Source of the DNA: Bifidobacterium longum subsp. longum JCM 1217
GTDB lineage: Bacteria; Actinomycetota; Actinomycetes; Actinomycetales; Bifidobacteriaceae
NCBI RefSeq assembly: GCF_000196555.1
Contig: NC_015067.1
Span: 1,500,001 to 1,532,000, forward strand
Reading direction: 5' to 3'
Length of the DNA stretch: 32,000 bases
The position numbers and the translations under genes were made by a program. The notes under the pieces were generated by a model. The model saw nothing but the letters and a program-made list of their open reading frames with translations, was not told the origin of the DNA and did not search any database. This document shows positions 26,028 through 32,000 of the stretch, one piece after another; within the stretch, counting starts at the first letter, position 1, and the number at the start of each line of letters is the position of its first letter.

Positions 26028-26753
26028 CTACTTCGCTACTTCAAGCGCTTCCTGGAGCGTGAACGCACGTGCATAGAGGGACTTGCCGAGGATGGCAGAA
26101 TCAACACCAATTTCAGCCAGTTCCTTGATGGCGCGCAAATCGTCCAGCTTGGAGATACCACCGGAAGCCGTGACCTTGGCGTCGGTGCGTTCAGCGACTT
26201 CACTCAGCAATTGAATGTTCGGGCCGGACATCATGCCGTCCTTAGCCACGTCGGTTACCACGTAACGCGAGCAGCCCACGGAGTCAAGGAACTTCATGGT
26301 CTCAAACAGGTCGCCGCCTTCGCGCGTCCAGCCGCGCGCCGCCAGTGTGTGACCGCGCACATCCAGACCAACAGCCACGCGGTCGCCGTACTTCTTGATG
26401 ACCGAGGCGGTCCAATCCGGATTCTCCAAAGCGGCGGTGCCGATGTTCACTCGGGCGGCACCGGCCTCAAGGGCCGCGTCCAACGAAGCGTCATCGCGCA
26501 CGCCGCCGGACAGTTCGATGTTCACGCGGTCGCCGAGCTCATGAACGATTTCTCGCAGCTGATCGCGATTGTTGCCCGTACCGAAAGCGGCATCAAGGTC
26601 GACCAGGTGAATCCATTCGGCACCGGCCTCAACCCAAGTACGGGCGGCCTCGAACGGCGAACCGTAATCGGTTTCGGAACCGGATTCGCCTTGGCGCAGG
26701 CGCACGGCCTTGCCATCGCGTACATCGACGGCGGGCAGCAGAGTCAACGACAT
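26028..26753 (-). CDS. priA: Phosphoribosyl isomerase A (HisA; actinobacterial PriA type, potentially HisA/TrpF dual-substrate)
   Basis: 241 aa. [23 protein letters not shown]...[10 protein letters not shown]...SGGV... is the (beta/alpha)8 HisA family with the actinobacterial PriA-like N-terminus. It is the last gene of the his operon here. Confidence 0.88.
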   Translation of the reverse strand: MSLTLLPAVDVRDGKAVRLRQGESGSETDYGSPFEAARTWVEAGAEWIHLVDLDAAFGTGNNRDQLREIVHELGDRVNIELSGGVRDDASLDAALEAGAARVNIGTAALENPDWTASVIKKYGDRVAVGLDVRGHTLAARGWTREGGDLFETMKFLDSVGCSRYVVTDVAKDGMMSGPNIQLLSEVAERTDAKVTASGGISKLDDLRAIKELAEIGVDSAILGKSLYARAFTLQEALEVAK

Positions 26754-26788
26754 AAGAAGAGCCTTTCTTCAGTTACTTATACACAATT

Positions 26789-26812
26789 TGAGCTCCCTCG
26801 TCAGAGGGAGCT
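26789..26812 (-). other. Intra-operon stem-loop between hisH and priA
   Basis: GAGCTCCCTC-gtca-GAGGGAGCTT pairs at 9 of 10 positions. It sits in the 69-nt hisH-priA spacer. No strong U-tract follows on the mRNA strand. Confidence 0.5.
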
Positions 26813-26822
26813 TCATGCTTTT

Positions 26823-27470
26823 TTACAGCGTGGCGATCCAGTTCTTGAGGAGCTGGGAGCCAGCGTCCCCGGACTTTTCCGGGTGGAATTGCGTGGCGGA
26901 CAGCGGGCCGTGTTCGTAGGCGGCCACAAAGCGCGATCGGCCGTACGAGCACCAGCTCACGCGTTCGGGCGAATCGCTCAGATCGATGTCGAAGCGGGAC
27001 GTATCCGCCGGCTTCACTTCCATCGCGGCGTAGGAGTGCACGAAGTAGAACCGTTCGTTCTCCACGCCGTTGAGCAGCACCGAATCGGGGACGGCCTCGA
27101 TCGTGTCCCATCCCATGTGAGGCACCACGTCGGCGTCCAGCAGGTTCACCGAACCGCCGATCAGTCCGATGCCTGCGGCATGGGCACCGTGCTCCAGACC
27201 GTGTTCGAACATGATCTGCTCGCCCACGCACACGCCGAGCACCGGGCGGCCAGCGCGGATGCGATCATAGATCACACGGTCGCCGTCGACCTTCTTCAGT
27301 CCTTCCATACATGCGGCGAACGCACCCACGCCCGGCACGACTAGGCCGTCGGCCTCCAACGACTGCCGGTAGTCGGAGGTGAGGGTGGTGTCGACGCCAA
27401 GATTGGCGAGCGCACGCACCATGGAACGTACATTGCCGAAACCGTAATCGAAAACAACCGCTGTGGTCAT
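26823..27470 (-). CDS. hisH: Imidazole glycerol phosphate synthase, glutamine amidotransferase subunit HisH
   Basis: 215 aa with the class I GATase nucleophile context GVCVGEQ and the downstream FVHSY / QFHPEKS motifs. Confidence 0.92.
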   Translation of the reverse strand: MTTAVVFDYGFGNVRSMVRALANLGVDTTLTSDYRQSLEADGLVVPGVGAFAACMEGLKKVDGDRVIYDRIRAGRPVLGVCVGEQIMFEHGLEHGAHAAGIGLIGGSVNLLDADVVPHMGWDTIEAVPDSVLLNGVENERFYFVHSYAAMEVKPADTSRFDIDLSDSPERVSWCSYGRSRFVAAYEHGPLSATQFHPEKSGDAGSQLLKNWIATL

Positions 27471-27504
27471 CTGCTCTCCTATCCCCTACTGGTTTGGTTG
27501 GCGT

Positions 27505-28299
27505 CTATTCGATGCGGGAGCCGCGCCCGCCACGTCCGCGCCTAGTGTGGTTGGCGAGAATCTGCATCGCCTGATCATGGTCGAGTCCAGCGGAATCCAC
27601 CACTTCGAACCCTTGGGTCTTGAGTTGGTTCAGGGTTACGATGCCGAGCATCAGGTCCTCGACGAAGCGCGGTGTGGAGGTGAACAGCACGGGCGGCGCG
27701 AAACTCTGGCCGGCCTCTCCCTGCACGTACATGGCCACTTCGAGCTTGTCGGCACGGTTGACTGCAAGAATCACGGCCATGCCGGATACCACGGTGGTCA
27801 GGTCCTTGGCTGCGGCTTCCGGGCCGTCGCCGTTCAGATTCTTCAGCACCGCGACGGCCCCCTGATTGGCACCGATGCATGCGGCGGAGATGTCCGACAG
27901 CTGGCAGAACGCGGCCAACAGTTCGGCGGAGGCAAGACGGGTAACGATCAGCGCCACCTTCGCCTTGTTACCCAACAGTCCAGCGAGTTCGTTGTCGAAG
28001 CCGAGCGAGGGGTCGACCACGTCGGCCATGGCCTCGTTCACCGCATCCGCAACGGACCCGGTGACGTCGTCGGTCATAGGCTGGCCGGAATCAGCGGAAG
28101 CCTTATCAGCCGTATCATCATTCGCGTCGGAATCGGACTTCGCTGAAGCAGCGTCCGCTGTTTTATCGGCATCACTGGTATCACTGACATCGCCGGATAC
28201 CGAATCGTCCGCGAATTCTTTCTCGAATCCGGCGAGCGCAGCCTCAAGCTCCTCGTCGGAGAAGTGCGATTCGTCCGGATCGAACTTGTCGTCGGTCAT
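27505..28299 (-). CDS. Hypothetical protein: acidic disordered N-terminal half, a conserved-looking globular C-terminal domain and an RGG tail
   Basis: About 264 aa ([29 protein letters not shown]...D/S/A-rich...VALIVTRLASAELLAAFCQL...TRRGRGGRGSRIE). The ATG at 28299 shares 1 nt with the hisB TGA (TGATG); an alternative GTG lies at 28302. I recognise no family for it. Confidence 0.7.
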   Translation of the reverse strand: MTDDKFDPDESHFSDEELEAALAGFEKEFADDSVSGDVSDTSDADKTADAASAKSDSDANDDTADKASADSGQPMTDDVTGSVADAVNEAMADVVDPSLGFDNELAGLLGNKAKVALIVTRLASAELLAAFCQLSDISAACIGANQGAVAVLKNLNGDGPEAAAKDLTTVVSGMAVILAVNRADKLEVAMYVQGEAGQSFAPPVLFTSTPRFVEDLMLGIVTLNQLKTQGFEVVDSAGLDHDQAMQILANHTRRGRGGRGSRIE

Positions 28300-28898
28300 C
28301 ACAGGGCTCCCTTGGTGCTGGGCACGCCGTCTACACGCGGGTCGATTTCCACGGCGAAGCGCAGCGCACGGGCCAGCGCCTTGAATTCGGCTTCAGCGAT
28401 GTGGTGCGGGTCGCGGCCGGCGAGCACCTGCATGTGCAGGCAGATGCCGGCGTGGAAGGCGATGGATTCCATGACGTGGCGGACCAGCGAGCCGGTGAAA
28501 TGGCCGCCGATCATGCAGAATTCGTAGCCTTCGGGCTCGCCGCTGCACACGCAGTACGGGCGGCCGGAAATGTCGACCACGGCCTTGGCCAGCGCCTCGT
28601 CGAGCGGCACGGTGGCGTCGGCGAAGCGGCGGATGCCTTTCTTGTCGCCGAGAGCCTGCTTCAGAGCTTCGCCGAACACGATGGCCGTATCTTCCACAGT
28701 GTGGTGCACGTCGATGTCGGTGTCACCGTGGGCGTGGATGGTCAGGTCGATCAGCGAATGCTTGCCGAGCGCGGTCATCATATGGTTGTAGAACGGCACG
28801 GATGTATCGATATCGGTTTTGCCGGTGCCGTCGAGGTTCAGTTCGAGGTCGATGTGTGATTCGCTGGTTTCGCGGACGATGTGCGCGGTTCTTGCCAT
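28299..28898 (-). CDS. hisB: Imidazoleglycerol-phosphate dehydratase HisB
   Basis: 199 aa from the ATG at 28898, with the RBS AGGAG 5-6 nt upstream. Metal-binding motifs are DVHHTVED and [10 protein letters not shown], and the C-terminus is VPSTKGAL. The ORF-track start at 28922 lacks an RBS. Confidence 0.9.
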   Translation of the reverse strand: MARTAHIVRETSESHIDLELNLDGTGKTDIDTSVPFYNHMMTALGKHSLIDLTIHAHGDTDIDVHHTVEDTAIVFGEALKQALGDKKGIRRFADATVPLDEALAKAVVDISGRPYCVCSGEPEGYEFCMIGGHFTGSLVRHVMESIAFHAGICLHMQVLAGRDPHHIAEAEFKALARALRFAVEIDPRVDGVPSTKGAL

Positions 28899-28983
28899 CA
28901 TGTCTCCTGTGTGATTCGTCATATTGGATTGCGGCGGGACTCGAATCGCTTCGGGTCTCGCCGCAATCGGAAAGAAATGTCCC

Positions 28984-30144
28984 TTATGCTGCTTCCACTA
29001 TACGAAGCACTTCAACAAGGGCGTTACGGAAGGTTTCCATCTCCTCGTCGGTGCCCATGCACACGCGCAGCCAACCGTCCGGTCCGACCACACGGATGAG
29101 TACGCCGCGCTTCAGGAGCTCGTCGAAGATGGCTTCACGCTTGTCGAAGTGCCCGCCGAACAGCAGGAAGTTCGAGCCGGATTCGGCCACTTCAAGCGGC
29201 TGGTCCTTGTAGGTCTGTTCCTTGAGCCATGCGGCGGTGGCCTCGCGGGTTTCGCGCAGGTGCTCGACACGGCTCAGCTGCTCGTCGGTGTGTTCGAAGG
29301 CGGCCAGTGCGGCGGCCTGAGTCACGGCGGACAGGTGGTACGGCATACGTACGATACGCACGCAGTCGATGATGCCCTTGGACGCGGCCAGGTAGCCGAC
29401 TCGCGCACCGGCGAAGGCGAAGGCCTTGCTCATGGTGCGGCTGACGGCCAAGTTCGGGTGGTCCTTGATCAGGCTCACGGCGCTCGGGGTGCCGGGCTTG
29501 CGGAATTCCACGTACGCTTCGTCGATGACGAGAATCGGGTGCACGCCCTCGCCCGCGCCGACCACTTCAGCGGTTTCGCAGGCGGCGAGAATACGTTCGA
29601 TATCCTCCATCGGCAACGGGGTGCCGGTCGGGTTGTTTGGGCTAGTGAGCAGCACCATCGAGGGCTTGACCTCGGCGATGGCCTCAAGTACCTTGTCGAC
29701 GTTCAGCGTGAAGTCGGCGTTGCGGTGGGCGAGCTTCCAACCGGTGAAGGTGTCGCGGGCGTACTCCGGGTACATGGAGTACGTCGGGTCGGCACCGAGT
29801 GCGGTGCGGCCCGGGCCACCGAAAGCCTGGAACAGCTGGAGCATGATCTCGTTGGAGCCGTTGGCACCCCACAGCTCGTCCACGTCCAGACGGGTACCGG
29901 ATTCGCGGGCCAGGTAATCGGAGAATGCCTGACGCAATTCGATGTGCTCACGGTCCGGGTATCGGTTGAGTGTGGGGGCGATTTCACGCACACGCTTGGC
30001 GATGGTGTCGCATACGGCCGGGTCCGGCGCATACGGGTTCTCGTTGACGTTCAGGCACACCGGCACGTCCAGCTGGGGAGCGCCGTACGGCTCCTCACCG
30101 ATCAGGTCGTTGCGCAGCGGCAGGTTTGCAGGAATCGAGCTCAT
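28984..30144 (-). CDS. hisC: Histidinol-phosphate aminotransferase HisC
   Basis: 386 aa, class II aminotransferase, with the PLP lysine context [12 protein letters not shown]. Its ATG overlaps the hisD TGA (ATGA). Confidence 0.92.
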   Translation of the reverse strand: MSSIPANLPLRNDLIGEEPYGAPQLDVPVCLNVNENPYAPDPAVCDTIAKRVREIAPTLNRYPDREHIELRQAFSDYLARESGTRLDVDELWGANGSNEIMLQLFQAFGGPGRTALGADPTYSMYPEYARDTFTGWKLAHRNADFTLNVDKVLEAIAEVKPSMVLLTSPNNPTGTPLPMEDIERILAACETAEVVGAGEGVHPILVIDEAYVEFRKPGTPSAVSLIKDHPNLAVSRTMSKAFAFAGARVGYLAASKGIIDCVRIVRMPYHLSAVTQAAALAAFEHTDEQLSRVEHLRETREATAAWLKEQTYKDQPLEVAESGSNFLLFGGHFDKREAIFDELLKRGVLIRVVGPDGWLRVCMGTDEEMETFRNALVEVLRIVEAA

Positions 30145-31523
30145 CGCAGACCGGCTTCCTTCTCCTGCTCGCGCAGGGTGGCCTTGTCATACGGATCCTT
30201 GACGAAGCGGGAGAGCACGCACTCGCCGTGGGCGGGCAGGTCCTCGGATACCGCGAAGGCGTTGATGCGGGCGGCGAGGGCCTTGAGGCCTTCCTCGTCG
30301 TATTCGATGACTTCGACCGGCTTCATGAAGGTGTGCACGCCGAGGCCTGCGGCGAAGCGGGCGGTGCCGCCGGTGGGCAGCACGTGGTTGGAGCCGGACA
30401 TGTAGTCGCCCAGCGGCACCGGGGAGTACGGACCGCGGAAGATGGCACCGGCGTTCTTGATGCGCTTGACGACCGCATCGGCATCCTTGGTCTGAATCTC
30501 AAGGTGTTCGGCGGCGTAGGCGTTGGCCGCGTCGATGGACTGGTCGAGACCGCCGGTCAGCACGATGGCAGACTGGGTGCCGGACAGCGACGTGTGGACA
30601 CGCTCGGCGTGCTCGGTACGCGGCACGCGGTACTTGAGGCTCTCCTGCACCTTGTCGGCAATCTCGGTGGAGTCGGTGAACAGCACGGAACCGGCGAGCT
30701 CATCGTGCTCGGCCTGGCCGATGAGGTCGGCGGCCAGCAGGCTCGGGTTGGCGGTTTCGTCGGCGATGATGCCGATTTCGGTGGGGCCGGCAACCGCGTC
30801 AATGCCCACGAATGCGGAGACCAGCGACTTGGCGGTGGCCACGAAGATGTTGCCCGGGCCGGTGATCTTGTCAACCGGATCGCACAGGATGTCGCCGTCC
30901 TGCGGCTCGCTGCCCTTGGCGCCGTATGCGAACATGGCAATGGCCTGAGCGCCGCCGACCGCGTATACCTCGTCAACACCGAGGATGGCGCAGGTGGCGA
31001 GGATGGTCTTGTTCGGCAGGCCTTCCTCATTGTCGCGGGCGGGCGGGGTGGCGATGGCCAGCGATTCGACGCCGGCGGCCTGGGCCGGCACAGCGTTCAT
31101 GATGACGGAGCTCGGGTAGACGGCCTTGCCGCCGGGCACATACAGGCCGACGCGCTGAATCGGAATCCAGCGTTCGGCCACGCGGGCGCCTTCGGCGAGG
31201 TCGGTGTAGAAGTCCTTCGGCACCTGGTTGGCGGCCACGGCGCGGGCGCGGCGCACCGATTCCTCGATGGCGGCGCGCACTTCGGGGTCGAGCGTGGTCA
31301 GGGCGTCCTTGATCGCCTCGACCGGCACGCGCAGGTTCTTGGGACGCACGTGATCGAACTTCTCCTCGAAGTCGCGCAGGGCAGCGGCGCCGCGTTCTTT
31401 GACATCGTCCAGAATCGGACGCACCAAATCGGTGGCTTCGGAAGTACCCATTGCAGCACGCGGCATCGCGGCAAGCAGTTCGGCACGGGACAGGTTCTGA
31501 CCACGCAGGTCAATGATTCGCAT
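30141..31523 (-). CDS. hisD: Histidinol dehydrogenase HisD
   Basis: Motifs include QAEHD, GDYMSGSNHVLPT and VGLYVPGG. The start is uncertain. I chose 31523 (MRIIDLRG...) by analogy with other actinobacterial HisD N-termini; alternatives are the ATG at 31538 and the TTG at 31556. Confidence 0.88.
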   Translation of the reverse strand: MRIIDLRGQNLSRAELLAAMPRAAMGTSEATDLVRPILDDVKERGAAALRDFEEKFDHVRPKNLRVPVEAIKDALTTLDPEVRAAIEESVRRARAVAANQVPKDFYTDLAEGARVAERWIPIQRVGLYVPGGKAVYPSSVIMNAVPAQAAGVESLAIATPPARDNEEGLPNKTILATCAILGVDEVYAVGGAQAIAMFAYGAKGSEPQDGDILCDPVDKITGPGNIFVATAKSLVSAFVGIDAVAGPTEIGIIADETANPSLLAADLIGQAEHDELAGSVLFTDSTEIADKVQESLKYRVPRTEHAERVHTSLSGTQSAIVLTGGLDQSIDAANAYAAEHLEIQTKDADAVVKRIKNAGAIFRGPYSPVPLGDYMSGSNHVLPTGGTARFAAGLGVHTFMKPVEVIEYDEEGLKALAARINAFAVSEDLPAHGECVLSRFVKDPYDKATLREQEKEAGLR

Positions 31524-31639
31524 GATGTTCTCACTCATAACGCCCCATCGTAGCAATGTGCGAGGCCTAAGCGGCGAGGAACGCCCATGTTCACCCGTAT
31601 CGTGAGATTATCGTGCGTGATGTGGGTTCGTGATACAGG

Positions 31640-31933
31640 TTATTGACGCACGCCAAATGCCCGAGCGGTCTCATCGATAATCGGCATGTCATGCACGGCG
31701 ACGTGACTCACTTCGGACCATCGCGGGCCAATGGCTAATTGCTCAACCAAGGCTTGCACTGCGTCGCTGCTGCCTTGTGCTTCCAGCTCAACCGAGCCAT
31801 CGCGGCAATTACGCACCCAGCCCCGTACACCAAGCCGACGTGCCTGAGTCACCGTAAAATAACGGAATCCCACGCCTTGCACCAGTCCGGTGACCACTAT
31901 ATGTTTGCGGACCAAATTCGCCGATTGCCTCAT
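31640..31933 (-). CDS. acyP: Acylphosphatase
   Basis: 97 aa with VTGLVQGVGFRYF and GWVRNxxDGSVE, the acylphosphatase signatures. Confidence 0.85.
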   Translation of the reverse strand: MRQSANLVRKHIVVTGLVQGVGFRYFTVTQARRLGVRGWVRNCRDGSVELEAQGSSDAVQALVEQLAIGPRWSEVSHVAVHDMPIIDETARAFGVRQ

Positions 31934-31945
31934 GATGCTCAGTTC

Positions 31946-32000
31946 CTAATCCATCGTTCGCAGCATTGGGTAGAGGCTCAGGAATCGCCGGTATGCGTCG
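31946..32000 (-). CDS. C-terminal 18 codons of an unidentified upstream gene; it runs off the right edge of the window
   Basis: The minus-strand frame reads ...DAYRRFLSLYPMLRTMD* with the stop at 31946-31948. It is too short to assign a function. Confidence 0.3.
   Translation of the reverse strand, partial: DAYRRFLSLYPMLRTMD

Noticed and set aside
31557-31639. Possible T-box riboswitch or His-leader attenuator upstream of hisD.
   Set aside because: The spacer is only about 80-115 nt. There is no run of His codons, no specifier/antiterminator architecture and no terminator hairpin with a U-tract.

Overview
This is high-G+C actinobacterial chromosome. The proteins, especially a 320-aa L-lactate dehydrogenase starting [20 protein letters not shown], point to Bifidobacterium, probably the B. 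longum group; that attribution comes from memory, not a search. Almost all of the window is core housekeeping DNA.

Gene order, left to right:
- The 5' end of the dcw cluster on the minus strand: mraZ, rsmH, an ftsL-like gene, ftsI/PBP, and the start of a Mur-ligase-like gene.
- A divergent HelD-type helicase, then serA.
- An nrdR / LysM gene / lexA SOS locus, in which the LysM gene is split by an apparently intact 2.44-kb IS21-family element (istA and istB).
- A CDF metal exporter and ldh.
- hflX, divergent from a small rRNA-type methyltransferase whose 3' end overlaps hrpA.
- A basic-tailed, membrane-anchored, Cys-containing exported protein.
- An internal remnant of an MFS transporter.
- A GlnA2-like glutamine synthetase, divergent from a DUF2252 protein.
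- A his operon on the minus strand (hisD, hisC, hisB, orf, hisH, priA/hisA), preceded by acyP.

I found no rRNA, tRNA or CRISPR array. I also found no convincing multi-gene defence-type or otherwise novel system.

The items most worth a second look are:
1. The IS21 insertion, which inactivates the LexA-controlled LysM (ChiZ/DivS-position) gene and separates nrdR from the SOS promoter.
2. An uncharacterised acidic/RGG protein translationally coupled inside the his operon.
3. A Mur-ligase paralogue with a destroyed P-loop.
4. Several sharply defined operator-like repeats: MraZ boxes, four LexA boxes, a 23-bp perfect palindrome and a LacI-type operator upstream of ldh.
5. A roughly 110-nt near-perfect hairpin downstream of ldh.

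The many long ORFs antisense to real genes are high-GC artefacts.
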